Source: a virus | Lineage: Duplodnaviria > Heunggongvirae > Uroviricota > Caudoviricetes | IMG/VR virus record: IMGVR_UViG_3300036944_001243 | Strand: one strand, 5' to 3' | DNA length: 64,000 nt | In this document: positions 51,696 through 61,930 of the stretch, piece by piece | How positions within the stretch are numbered: position 1 is the stretch's first letter | Layout of the letters: every line of letters begins with the position of its first letter | Program-made: the position numbers and the translations under genes | Notes under the pieces: generated by a model | Databases searched by the model: none | What the model was told of the DNA's origin: nothing | What the model saw: only the letters and a program-made list of their open reading frames with translations

Positions 51696-51935
51696 AAGAT
51701 CCCAATTTTCCCAATCCTCATCGTCCATCAGAACGTCCTCTGGATCACCCGCCCCGATCATTCGGTCGATGTAGTCACCGATTTGTTCTTTTTTGTTTGA
51801 CTTGGCACGCGCACGCGCATCGAAATGCGTTCGATTGCGTCGGCAGTAATCACACGATCCATGGTTGCGACAAGTCCAGTCGAAGCGTCGGCTGTCAAAC
51901 TTTTTCGGGTAATCTTTTTTCTTTGAGCGGCTCAT
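51690..51935 (-). CDS. small basic Cys-rich (zinc-finger-like) protein
   Basis: CRNHGSCDYCRRNR; start taken at internal ATG after upstream gene stop. Confidence 0.35.
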   Translation of the reverse strand: MSRSKKKDYPKKFDSRRFDWTCRNHGSCDYCRRNRTHFDARARAKSNKKEQIGDYIDRMIGAGDPEDVLMDDEDWENWDLL

Positions 51936-51937
51936 GA

Positions 51938-52276
51938 TCAAAAGGGGCAATCGTTTTCGTCTGTTTCGTAATGTTGCGCGATAGCTCCAGCCCAAGTTTT
52001 TGTTTTTGGCGATTTGAGGCGGGCCTGATTCTCCAGCCACTCTTCATGGGTGCTGTCGTCCTCTGGGTGCTGCTGCTCTGGCCCGTTGTAGTATGGGTTG
52101 CGCTCCCAAGTGTCCCAACTGGAAAGAATCCATTGGCTGTTTAGGTTTTCCATGCCGAAGATCTGGCGTTGCTCTTCGATTGCTTCGCGGATGATGTGTT
52201 GGCGGGCGTCCATTTTATTGAGGGTTGATTGCGTAGACCATGCGGCCTTTGATAAACACTCTGTCGGCGGTGTCAA
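51938..52276 (-). CDS. hypothetical protein
   Basis: 112-aa ORF in minus-strand cluster. Confidence 0.35.
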   Translation of the reverse strand: MTPPTECLSKAAWSTQSTLNKMDARQHIIREAIEEQRQIFGMENLNSQWILSSWDTWERNPYYNGPEQQHPEDDSTHEEWLENQARLKSPKTKTWAGAIAQHYETDENDCPF

Positions 52277-52627
52277 CGTATTTTTCGCCGTTGTAGAATT
52301 TTTCCAGCTTGTAGGGATTGTAGGTGATCAGATCGAACCACTGGCCTTGTGTTGTTTGGTCCTCTGACACCGTGCCGCAGATGTAGGCATGCACGTTTTT
52401 TCTTTTGTTTTTAATTACACGCTGGCGTCCACGTTCGGACACTTTGAAAGTGACATCGATCAAAGAAATCTCTTGACAGTGGCGCACAACTTTCCACACG
52501 CCGTTGACCTTGGCTTGAACGGAAAGGAGTTTCTTTTGAAGGTTGAAGTAGACACGGACTTTCATGGCAGGGAAAAGCTACTTTGTTTCGATGGTTCTGT
52601 CAATGTTTTTTTGTGTATTTTTTTTTC

Positions 52628-52710
52628 TTTGTAAGTCGCTGGTTTTCAAGGACTTACGACGGCGCAGCGGCCCCGCCTTCGTAACTCGTTGATAGTCAAC
52701 AAGTTACAGG
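52628..52710. repeat. triple-hairpin cassette copy 2
   Basis: GTAAGTC-N13-GACTTAC, GC-rich hairpin, GTAACTC-N13-AAGTTAC. Confidence 0.6.
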
Positions 52711-52966
52711 GGCGATTTATTCTGCTAAAACCTGCTCAATTTGCTTGACAACCTCGCCCAGTTCGCTAGCCCCGAAGGGCAGAGCCTCCCCCACAACTCC
52801 ATGAGATATGGGAAAGGCCCGCAATGACATAACTTTAGAGTTGTCGTGTTCGGCAAGGACGAGGAAGTCGCCTTCCTCGGTCGCCAGTAGTGTTCGGAAA
52901 AGATTCATCTGCGACAAGCTAACATAAGCAGCATAAAAAGCAAGCACAAAGTAATTTTAGGGTCCA

Positions 52967-53689
52967 TCAGATTGCACCCCCATTCTCGGGCTCAAGCACG
53001 AAGCCTGTCAAATCTTTTTTGGCGCGGCCCTTTTCCACAAGGCCGACAACTTTTCCCTTGCCATCGAGAAAGCGGGCATCGGTTTCGTCACCGTTCACAA
53101 CATCAGCACCAAAGGCGCGGGCGGGGAGACTCTTTCTGAAAACCACTGCGACATTTCCACCAGAGCGCAAGACACTTTCCACAAGCTCGTTTGGCGTGTT
53201 CTCTTTACGGGAGAAAGTCAAATGGTAATTTGCGGGTAGTTCGCCAGCGAGGAAAGCCGACATGCGCCCGATGGTCGCGGTGTAGTCGTAAAACTGGACA
53301 CTTGGAAACATCTCGAAAATGTTCTTGCCATCATGGCGGATTTTCTCCCATGGGAGATCACTTGTGAGATTCAAGCGGAAAGCCGCTTGCATGCCATTTT
53401 TTTGTGCTTTTTTAACGGCTGCAACAATCTCCTTGACAAGCTGGGCCATAAAGGCCGACTTGTCGGAAAAGAACAAGCGAGTCTTTGCGATTCGCGCATT
53501 TTGAACCGTCGAGTAAACGCCCATTCCTGCGGTGTTGAGACATGCCGCCGCGCATCCTGCGGACGCATCCTTGCAAGTGTTAAAGCCCGACAAGGTGGAC
53601 GGAGCGAGATGGATTCCGAAAGTGGAAAAGCCAAGTTTTTCGCCCTTGCGGATTTTGGTGTTGGAAGTGGTGAGAAGTTTCACGGCCAC
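52967..53689 (-). CDS. hypothetical protein, possibly Gp37/Gp68-family (DUF5131)-like
   Basis: 240 aa; N-terminal ...GFSTFGIHLAPS...CKDASAGCAAAC; weak recollection only. Confidence 0.3.
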   Translation of the reverse strand: MAVKLLTTSNTKIRKGEKLGFSTFGIHLAPSTLSGFNTCKDASAGCAAACLNTAGMGVYSTVQNARIAKTRLFFSDKSAFMAQLVKEIVAAVKKAQKNGMQAAFRLNLTSDLPWEKIRHDGKNIFEMFPSVQFYDYTATIGRMSAFLAGELPANYHLTFSRKENTPNELVESVLRSGGNVAVVFRKSLPARAFGADVVNGDETDARFLDGKGKVVGLVEKGRAKKDLTGFVLEPENGGAI

Positions 53690-53796
53690 AAGATAGCAAG
53701 CGAGCCAGCCCTTGCAAGTCTTTTCTTGCGCATTTTCCGAAAAAAAGTTTCTCGAAAAAAACTTGACAAGAAAAAAAAAGAAAAAAAACTTGACAG

Positions 53797-53876
53797 CGTA
53801 ACTCGTTGATTTTCAAGGACTTACAACGGCGCGGGGGCCGCGCCCGCATAACTCTTTGATTTTCAGTGAGTTACAC
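53797..53876. repeat. triple-hairpin cassette copy 3
   Basis: GTAACTC-N12-GACTTAC, GGCGCGGGGGCCGCGCC, ATAACTC-N12-GAGTTAC; preceded by tandem AAAACTTGACA repeats. Confidence 0.7.
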
Positions 53877-53942
53877 AGCGAATTTTTTTGCTTGACAACG
53901 CCAGAATCCCGCCCCGCTTTCGCGGGGCAGGATCGTAGGTGT

Positions 53943-54737
53943 TCAGCCGACCACGACCACAGGGTCCAGATCGTCAGTGCCAGCATCGGCAGGGTCGATG
54001 TCAACAACAATCTGCGGACGATGGCCCGCCATGCGGTCGAACACGCTCTGCGCTGTCATCGTGCGGAATGGCAGCTTGGACAAGTCGCCGCCCTTGAGGT
54101 TTTCCGTGATCGAGTTGTAGAGTGTCCAGAGCGTGCCGCCCTTGAACTCGTCGTGTCGAGGGTTGCGGAACTCCTGCACGGCGGAATAGATGTCGCGGGC
54201 AGGGAATGCCTTGGCGTCCACAAGATCAATCAGCAAATCCGCCGCACGGTCACGGCTGATTTCGGTTTCCTTGTAAAGCTCGATCCGCTTGCCCATGTCG
54301 TTCCAATGAGAAACAACGCGGGCCACAGCATCCGACAGCACGCGGGGAAGATCCGACATGATGTTGGTAGTATGGCGGCGAGCCAACTTAATGTCAGAAG
54401 AGAAGCAAAGATTCTCGCAAACCAACATTCGGTTGCCCACGCAGATCGAAGCAGCGAAACTCTTGTCGTGCGCGTTGCGCAGGCCAAGGACGATTTCGCG
54501 ATCCGCGCCCGTAATGTCAAGGCCCTTGAGGGCGAAGCCGCCGAAGTAACGCTGGCCACCACGGGCGAGGGAATGCTCTTCAAGACCGACCTCAAGACCA
54601 GCGCGGCCAATGGCTTCGCGAGTCATTTCGACAAGGCCGAAGTGAGGGATCGGGGTGAAGGAATCGGTGCGTTCTGGAGTCTGAACACCCATGAGTTGTT
54701 CAGCGTTCACTTTGTTCTTTGCAATGATGAGGGCCAT
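53943..54737 (-). CDS. hypothetical protein (264 aa)
   Basis: globular composition; flanked by repeat cassettes; overlapping plus ORF 53856..54923 judged shadow. Confidence 0.4.
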   Translation of the reverse strand: MALIIAKNKVNAEQLMGVQTPERTDSFTPIPHFGLVEMTREAIGRAGLEVGLEEHSLARGGQRYFGGFALKGLDITGADREIVLGLRNAHDKSFAASICVGNRMLVCENLCFSSDIKLARRHTTNIMSDLPRVLSDAVARVVSHWNDMGKRIELYKETEISRDRAADLLIDLVDAKAFPARDIYSAVQEFRNPRHDEFKGGTLWTLYNSITENLKGGDLSKLPFRTMTAQSVFDRMAGHRPQIVVDIDPADAGTDDLDPVVVVG

Positions 54738-54882
54738 GATGTTGTGGGATTGGGAGTTGGAGTTGGAGCGCCGTCAGTGGCGACGGGGAAAAGATACCAA
54801 AGATTCGGGGCGAGTCAACACGTTTTTGATTGTTTCCGTGCTTTTATGTCAGAAAAAAGATTGCGCATATTTTGCTTTCCTC

Positions 54883-54901
54883 TTGACAACAACCTGTCAA
54901 G
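54883..54901. promoter_or_regulatory. palindromic CTTGACA-N5-TGTCAAG element (TTGACA on both strands)
   Basis: perfect 7-bp inverted repeat 15 nt upstream of cassette 4. Confidence 0.45.
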
Positions 54902-54917
54902 AACTTTTTTTCACCAT

Positions 54918-54997
54918 ACGTAACTCGTTCATTATCAACGAGTTACAACGGCGCGGGGGCCGCGCCTGCGTAAGTCCTTGATAGTCAGTCACTTACG
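54918..54997. repeat. triple-hairpin cassette copy 4
   Basis: canonical GGCGCGGGGGCCGCGCC core with flanking inverted repeats. Confidence 0.7.
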
Positions 54998-55069
54998 AGG
55001 CTGGTTTTTATTGATTTTTTTTCTTGACAAACGAAGAGCCCCGCCCCCTTTCGGGGGCGAGGCCGAGGA

Positions 55070-55498
55070 TCAGTGGGCAACCTCCTTGACGAGCTTACCG
55101 CAGCGGAAGGTCACGACCGCATCCTTGTGAGCAGATGCCCAAGTTTCGGTATTGCGGTTGACGAAGGGGACGTATCCAGAGGCGCGGACGGTATCAACGC
55201 CGCCCTTCAGGAGCCGCTGATATTTGTCCTTGCCATTGATGACGCGGGTGGTTCCGTCCTTCTTGACAAAGGTGATGGAAAAGAACTTTCCCTTGGTTTC
55301 TGCGATCAGGTTGTCGAGTTCGGTTTGCATGGTCGGGGTCATTGGTTTGGTTTCTGCTTGTTTGTTTTTGTCTAGTTTGGAAAGGCGGTATTCGGTGATG
55401 AGCGTGTGGATTGCCAAGCCGATCACGCCGAGAGTGATGGCGATGATCGAGCCGAAGAAGAAGAAGGCGAAGATGTTGGCGACTGTGGATTCTTGCAT
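55070..55498 (-). CDS. membrane-anchored hypothetical protein
   Basis: N-terminal TM helix IFAFFFFGSIIAITLGVIGLAI. Confidence 0.4.
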   Translation of the reverse strand: MQESTVANIFAFFFFGSIIAITLGVIGLAIHTLITEYRLSKLDKNKQAETKPMTPTMQTELDNLIAETKGKFFSITFVKKDGTTRVINGKDKYQRLLKGGVDTVRASGYVPFVNRNTETWASAHKDAVVTFRCGKLVKEVAH

Positions 55499-55841
55499 TT
55501 GGTTTGGTTGGTTGGTGTTGCGGTTACGGGTGAGAGCTTAGGCGGCTTTGCGATTGTTGGCAAGGACTTTTTTCATCTTTTTCAGAATGTCCGACGCTTC
55601 CTTGCGGTCCAGAAGTGCCGAAGCGGTTTCGGTGCCGATGTAAAACGAAAAAATGCTTTTGCATGCTTTACGGTTCGGTCCTTTGATGTTCAACAGCGAA
55701 GTTTTCGCGATGTAGTAGGCGTTGCCGTTCTTGGTGCGGGAGATCTCGTTCACGGGGAAAGATTACCAACGGCGGGCGGGCATTGCAAGAACTCTTTTGC
55801 ATTTTCTGCGAAAAAAAAGACTGCGCATTTTTTGCTTTGTG

Positions 55842-55861
55842 CTTGACAGGCTCATGTCAAG
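55842..55861. promoter_or_regulatory. palindromic CTTGACA-N6-TGTCAAG element
   Basis: same architecture upstream of cassette 5; preceded by conserved GCGCATTTTTTGCTTTGTG. Confidence 0.45.
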
Positions 55862-55876
55862 AACTTTTTTCATGCT

Positions 55877-55958
55877 GTGTAAGTCGTTGATTATTAACGA
55901 GTTACGACGACGCGGGGGCCGCGCCCGTGTAAGTCCTTGGTTTTCAATGGGTTAGGCA
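55877..55958. repeat. triple-hairpin cassette copy 5
   Basis: as above. Confidence 0.7.
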
Positions 55959-55999
55959 AGGGGGCCACCACAACCCCCTTGCCATTTTCACCCACCATG

Positions 56000-56500
56000 T
56001 CAACCAGAAACTTTTAGAAAATCAATGAAATCTTCCGCCAGATAGCAGATGATTTGCTCAAGGAAAAAATACTCGCCTTCTGTCGCGAAACAGCTTGAGT
56101 TTTGGATTGCCTCCCAAGGGAAGACTTTCTTTCGATTGGCAAGGTTTTCTTCGTCGTTTTCCTCTTCGGCAAGTAGTGCGAGGCAAAGAGTTTCGGCGTC
56201 CCATTCTTGAGGCCAGTTAGACAAGAAATGACTGGCGGCTTTTAGATACGCTTTCGCATGGATAGGATTACGCAGATCAAGACCATTACTAAAATCTTCA
56301 TTCACTTTGATGATTGCGGGAGGTTCGGGCAGTTGCTTTTTTGTTTCAACATATGCATCGGCGGCTTTGGCCATGCGTGTCAATTCGATGAGAGCTTCTC
56401 CCCTTACAGAAGCATTTTTATTTTGACAAGCCGAAAGAAGCAAGTCGAGAACGTCTTCCCATTTGGGGGTCATGTCAATGATGTTTTGTGCGGCAGGCAT
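56000..56500 (-). CDS. hypothetical protein (166 aa)
   Basis: ORF track. Confidence 0.4.
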   Translation of the reverse strand: MPAAQNIIDMTPKWEDVLDLLLSACQNKNASVRGEALIELTRMAKAADAYVETKKQLPEPPAIIKVNEDFSNGLDLRNPIHAKAYLKAASHFLSNWPQEWDAETLCLALLAEEENDEENLANRKKVFPWEAIQNSSCFATEGEYFFLEQIICYLAEDFIDFLKVSG

Positions 56501-56822
56501 TTTTTTTGGTTTGTTTCTTTTTGTCGGTGTGACGGATGGCGGGGGGAGCGAAGCGAAGTCTAGGCTTTGCGGCGGGGATTGTCAAGGTGATTTTCATGTT
56601 AATGTTCTTTTTGGGACCATTCCTTTGGAATCCAAGCTTGGCGCAATTCTTTTCTGATTGCTCTTTTCAAAGCATCCATGTCGTAAGCATTTGTTCTATG
56701 ACCGATGCCGCTAGTCATGATGATTTCCTCCAGCGAATTATTCACACGCTTTTCGAAATTCATTTTGTTTTTTAGTTCCATGGCAGCGAGAGTATGGGTG
56801 ATGGATAGATGGCTGTCAACAA

Positions 56823-57230
56823 TTAAACAGGAATTCTCAGGCGTGCGGGGATTTGGAGGATTGCGCACCACTTGCGCCAGTTCTTGCCGTGAAGGCTTCG
56901 ACGGCTGGCGACAACATACGTGCCGCGCTCTTGGAAGTCAAGCAAATGCGCCAACTCATGCAAGAAAACCTCGCGAAACAATCCGAAAGATCCAAGAACC
57001 TTTTCCGACAGTTCGATCATGGAATCTTCGGCGTATGCCAAGCCAAGAAAACGATTTGGTTTCATCCATTGCACGCGCACGGATGACATGCCCCACTGCT
57101 TGAGTGTGAGGCGGATGTATTGTTCGACTTCTTGCGTGGTCAACGACATGCCCGAATTTAATTTATTTGCGGCCAGTGTCAAATTATTTGTCGCCAATTT
57201 CGAGAAAAACTTTTCCGTAGTATGGCGCAT
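56823..57230 (-). CDS. SprT-like/zinc metallopeptidase-like protein
   Basis: HExxH motif VFLHELAHLLD. Confidence 0.45.
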   Translation of the reverse strand: MRHTTEKFFSKLATNNLTLAANKLNSGMSLTTQEVEQYIRLTLKQWGMSSVRVQWMKPNRFLGLAYAEDSMIELSEKVLGSFGLFREVFLHELAHLLDFQERGTYVVASRRSLHGKNWRKWCAILQIPARLRIPV

Positions 57231-57458
57231 CAGGCTTTACAAATTCATTGCCGCGAAGATCAACGACATTCAGATCGTCAAGCGTCAAATCTTTCCATTC
57301 TGTTCCATAGTCACGATCATGAGAAAGGCACTGGACAACCGCTTCTTGCGGCACTTTTTGCAGGGCTTCGATGAGTTGGGCAACGGTGACTGTCATGCGC
57401 AAAGAATAGCAGAAGAGGGCGGCGGCACAAGAGTTTTTTTGATTATTTTGTGCTTGAC

Positions 57459-57540
57459 ACGTAAGTCGCTGATTATCAAGGACTTACGCGGGCGCGGGGG
57501 CCGCGCCGTTGTAACTCGTTGGTTTTCAGAGAGTTATGGA
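57459..57540. repeat. triple-hairpin cassette copy 6
   Basis: as above. Confidence 0.7.
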
Positions 57541-58189
57541 GGGAGGCTTTCGCCTCCCTCCTTTCACCCACCATGTCAACCCAAAACTTCAATTTTGAGC
57601 CAGAAAAATTCTTTGACACCCATCTCATCCAAGAAACGTTGCTCTTGAATGCAGAGCGAAAAGCTACTGTTCTTGAAAAAGACATAACGGCCATCCAGCT
57701 TGATTTTTTTCCAGTTTTTTTCCTTTGGATTTTTCGAGGCGAAGGAAATTTTTACTTCGGAAAGCGAGTTTTCTAGGGGAATGTCAAGAACCTTTGAAAC
57801 AAACTTATTACAGACAGCAAGATCAGACTCGCTTTGATTGGAGCAGAAGAAGCTAGAGATGCGCTTGAGATTCAGGGTGAGGCGTGTTTTGGTTGGTTTC
57901 ATGGCGGCGAGAGTTTGGAGTTTTGCGGCGGATTAGTCAAGAAAAAATTGGCGCTTATATTGTGCCTCATCGACTTGCTTGGCAAGCCAAGTGCGCTGCT
58001 GGAAAATGCGTGGGCCGAAAACAGGCTGGCGGCGGCGGATGAAGAGGGAGACGACGAAGTTCAGGAATTTCATGGGCGCAGTATGGGCTTTTTAGAGGGT
58101 TTGTCAACAGAAAAAAACAGCAAACAGCAAATGGCAAAATAGTAAATAGCAAATCAACAAATGATATATAATGACATATCATTGGCAAG

Positions 58190-58300
58190 AGACTGATTTT
58201 CAATGGGTTGCACCGATCCTCTGTAAGTCATTGGTTTTCAACGAGTTACGCGGGCGCGGCCCCCCTCCCTCTGTAACTCCTTGATTTTCAACGAGTTACG
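58190..58300. repeat. triple-hairpin cassette copy 7 (GC core half-deleted, extra partial arm upstream)
   Basis: GTAAGTC..GAGTTAC, CGGGCGCGGCCCC, GTAACTC..GAGTTAC. Confidence 0.6.
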
Positions 58301-58868
58301 CCGACATCTTGCCCAGCCCCTGCCATAACTTAACTTCATAACCTCTACGGATAACTAACCCGCGCAGTGTCTTACCATTAGCTTTACAATAGAGCGGCAA
58401 CAACTTAACCACACTATCATAGTTTCCACTGTTAAGTCTATTGGGGCCGCTAATCAAAGACTTGAGACAACCCTCGTTTGTGTTATGGGTAAAGCTAACA
58501 AGGGCGGCAAGTTGGTATTCTGTCAGCTTAACCTTAACATGCCGCAAAACCAATTTTTTTGTTTCAGTCAGTTCTTGCATAAGAACTGTTTCTGCTTTAG
58601 ATAGCGACATGCTTTGCGATGCATACTTACCAGTATGACCATAACCGACAGTTAAGACACCAGCAGGACAGCGATAAGGTTGCGCCTTATATGACTCAAA
58701 AGACTTAATTTTCTCTGTCATACCAACAAACCATTCCACATTATGCTTAGGCTTAACCAGCATAGGATAGTTTTTAAGATTTTTGACTACGGAGAATGTT
58801 GGCACTGTCTGGATAGACAGCGCGGCAACAATACCTGCGATAGTGGCGGCGAGCATGAGACTTTTCAT
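58296..58868 (-). CDS. SAR endolysin, GH24 T4-lysozyme-like
   Basis: N-terminal Gly/Ala-rich signal-anchor MKSLMLAATIAGIVAALSI; catalytic region FESYKAQPYRCPAGVLTVGYGHT. Confidence 0.7.
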   Translation of the reverse strand: MKSLMLAATIAGIVAALSIQTVPTFSVVKNLKNYPMLVKPKHNVEWFVGMTEKIKSFESYKAQPYRCPAGVLTVGYGHTGKYASQSMSLSKAETVLMQELTETKKLVLRHVKVKLTEYQLAALVSFTHNTNEGCLKSLISGPNRLNSGNYDSVVKLLPLYCKANGKTLRGLVIRRGYEVKLWQGLGKMSA

Positions 58869-59642
58869 TTATCGGTTTTTTGCGATGAAGAACAGGACAG
58901 CGATAAGGATAATGAACATTGTTTTATTTAAGTTTTTTTTCAATGAAAAGACCTGTGTAGACAGCCTGATCTTTGTTTTTGTTTTTGTATGGATAATTTT
59001 CCATAAAATTTTCAAAGGCTTCGATTGCGGCCTCATCAGTGGCTTCGGCCAGACGAGCCCTGAAAAAAGTGTGCATCAACAGCACGCCGTCATTCGTGGG
59101 AATGTCGTAATTTACTTGAACAAGGAACATGGGATTGGGTGGTGGTGGTTAACGGGGAAAGAATGACACGGGGATCGAACCCGCGCAAGGTTTTTTTATG
59201 GGAGGAAGTCCAGTTCCTCGATTTCGACGATTGCCTCGCCGCCGTCATCGAAGGAAATCTGCGCTTCGTTTCCTTCGAAACCTTCGACGACGACGACTTG
59301 ATTCTTGTAAACTGCGAATGCGATCATGGATTGGGTGGTGGGTGAAGTGTCGGTTGACGGGGAAAGAGTAACTCGGGCGAACGGATTAGGCAACTTCTTT
59401 TTCGTCTTTTTTGCAGAATTCTTCGGTCCATTCGGCAACTTCATTGGCGAGGGCTTCAAAGCGGCCAGTTGCTGCGATTAGTTCGGTGATCCAAGCTGGG
59501 GTTTCGGTGACGTTCTCCATGCGCAAAGAATACAGCGGCGACCGATTAAACGCAAGATCTTTTCACTATTTTCCGCAGAAAAAAAAGCTGCGCATTTTTT
59601 GCTTTGTGCTTGACAAGCCGCAATTCAATCATGACATATCAT

Positions 59643-59722
59643 TTGTAACTCACTGATTTTCAACGACTTGCGCGGGCGTGGGAGCGGCTTCGCCGTAACT
59701 CATTGAGAATCAACGACTTATG
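59643..59722. repeat. triple-hairpin cassette copy 8 (degenerate GC core)
   Basis: as above. Confidence 0.6.
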
Positions 59723-60427
59723 GTTTTTGCTTTTTGCAAAGATTTTTCTTGACATGGTTGGCTGGCCCCCACCACAAGGGCCAGCCTTTCCCACCATGCC
59801 ATCACACCGCAAGGTCAATGCCTGCGATGTGGAGATTGCGAAACTTGGACTCGCCGCCGTCGTCAATGTCAAGAGCTTTGACGGTGACAAAACGCTTGCC
59901 GTCCTTGGAGAAGCCGACATGATCGACCGCTTCAATCTTCAAGACGCGCACGCCATCCTTTTTGATGCTGGATTTTTCAGCGAGGTAGCGGACGGTTTTT
60001 CCAACGAGGGCGGAAGCGATTTCGACAGCGGATGCGGAGTAGTTGAGGAACATTGGATTCGTTTGGTTGACGGGGAAAGAGTAGCACGGGGATTGAACCC
60101 GCGCAAGAGGTTTTTCGATTATTTGTTCAGCTTGACTTCGGTGATGAAGTAATCTTGACCTTCAACGAAGTATGGCCAAGCGCCTTTCATTTCCTTTGCT
60201 GCTGCTTCGATGGCCCAGCGGATGCCGCGAGCGGCAACCTCCAGAGAAAACCCCTTTTCGTTCTCAGCCTTGAACTCGATGCGGACGGTGAAGTTGGACA
60301 TGCGCAAAGAATACGGCAGGGACCGACGAAACACAAGATCTTTTTTGCTGTTTTCTGGAAAAGATTTTCTGCACTTTTTTTCTTTTTTTATTTGACATAT
60401 CTCTATGACATATCATTTGTAAGTCGT

Positions 60428-60508
60428 TCATTTTCAATGACTTACGCGGGCGCGGGGGCCGCGCCTTCATAACTCGTTGATGTTCAACGACTTACAGAGG
60501 AGGTTTAG
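60428..60508. repeat. triple-hairpin cassette copy 9
   Basis: canonical core. Confidence 0.7.
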
Positions 60509-61085
60509 CATATCTTCGGAGTTATGCCAAAGACATGCCATGACATATCAGACAGCCGCACCATTGGGCAGTGTGTCGAGGTAATGGGAAACGCGCTCAT
60601 TGTATGCCTTCACCTTCTCTTGCCAAGCCTCTTCGCTGATTGGCTCGATGCTGGCGATACGCTCGGGCGTTGGCACGAACTTAACCCAGCCTTGCAAGGC
60701 TTCGAACTTGACGCGCTCGCCTTCGTATCCAAGGAAGGTTCCGATGTTGGTGCGAGTGCCGATTGCGAGGGTGGAGAGGTTGTCCATGGGGAAAGAGTAA
60801 TGCAGGGGTAGAAGAAAAGCAAGATCTTTTTGCCTGTTTTCGATGAAAAAGTGACCCCTCCCCCCATTTCTCAAAAAAAATCTTGACATTGGTGCGTGAG
60901 AAAGCGAGGGGGGACACTTTCCTCAGTCTCCAACTCCCATTATAACACTTCCAACACCCGCTGGGGGCCAAGCCCCCTCCCCCCCATTATCCGAGACGTT
61001 TGCGGTCCTCTAAGAAATCACTCAAAAACCATCCCAAAAAAAATCCCAACCCACTTTTCTACAAAACCTTGTGTAAATAAAAAAA

Positions 61086-61907
61086 ATGCCAGTCATCTCA
61101 TACAACAATACCCCAATCATCGCTTCTTCTCCTTTTGGAACATTCTACTATGCGGCAGCAACCAATGTGAGCATCAGCGTTCAAAACAGATTGGAAGCTT
61201 CTCGCGTCCTAGCGCCCAACCAAAACAACAATTTTCGTATTGGCGGCGAATTGAGCAGCAAGATCAGTGTAACGTTCGCGGCAAGTAATAAATCAAAAGG
61301 GTCAGACTCTTGGAACTTTGCATCTGGAGTATTGCGCGATCTTACAGGGCAATCAGGCACAAACATAATCATTGGCGGCAACACTTTTAGCGGTTGTTAC
61401 TTGGACGGTGCATCACTTGACATTGCGCCATTTGCACCAGTGATGGTGTCCGCAGATTTTACTTGTTTAAATCCCCCAACAGGATCTTTATTCAGCGGAT
61501 CAGGATTGGGCTTTAGCGACGACTTGACTGATAGCATTGCTTATGGTTTTTATACTGTAGTCACAAACGGCACAGAGTTTTCAGATTCAAACCGCGAAAG
61601 CATTTCATACAAAATCAATTGCGACCGCAGTTACACAACCAGTATTGGCCGCACTTCTCCCAACAACACATTTTTAAATGGTGTGGAAAAAGAATTAACA
61701 ATCAGATGCCACAATATTGCCAGATACATCAACTACAGTGGATACGGCGGCATTATTAATATCGACCCCAAAAATGTTAGCGGTCAATCCATCATGAGCG
61801 GCGGCTTTGGTATGTCTGCGAATTGTAAATTAGTGTCGCAAAACATTTCTGCTCAAGAGGGCGACGTTTTAATGGCGGATATTTCATTGCGTGAAGTCGT
61901 TCTATAA
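61086..61907 (+). CDS. Gly/Ser/Thr-rich hypothetical (structural-like) protein
   Basis: 273 aa, composition like 9004..10332 and 16313..17836. Confidence 0.3.
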   Translation: MPVISYNNTPIIASSPFGTFYYAAATNVSISVQNRLEASRVLAPNQNNNFRIGGELSSKISVTFAASNKSKGSDSWNFASGVLRDLTGQSGTNIIIGGNTFSGCYLDGASLDIAPFAPVMVSADFTCLNPPTGSLFSGSGLGFSDDLTDSIAYGFYTVVTNGTEFSDSNRESISYKINCDRSYTTSIGRTSPNNTFLNGVEKELTIRCHNIARYINYSGYGGIINIDPKNVSGQSIMSGGFGMSANCKLVSQNISAQEGDVLMADISLREVVL

Positions 61908-61930
61908 TTTTTCGGTGTAAATAATTATGA

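Noticed and set aside
53856-54923. 355-aa plus-strand ORF
   Set aside because: Fully antisense to the globular minus-strand ORF 53943..54737 that fits the minus-strand gene cluster and repeat punctuation; plus-strand product is Arg/Ala-rich low complexity typical of GC-rich shadow ORFs.
56920-57648. 242-aa plus-strand ORF
   Set aside because: Spans two minus-strand genes and a repeat cassette; no motif; inconsistent with cluster organisation.
51600-60520. Possible CRISPR array because of regularly repeated GC-rich palindromic repeats
   Set aside because: Repeats are about 80 bp composite cassettes spaced about 1 kb apart with protein-coding genes between them, not 25-40 bp repeats with short spacers; no cas genes.
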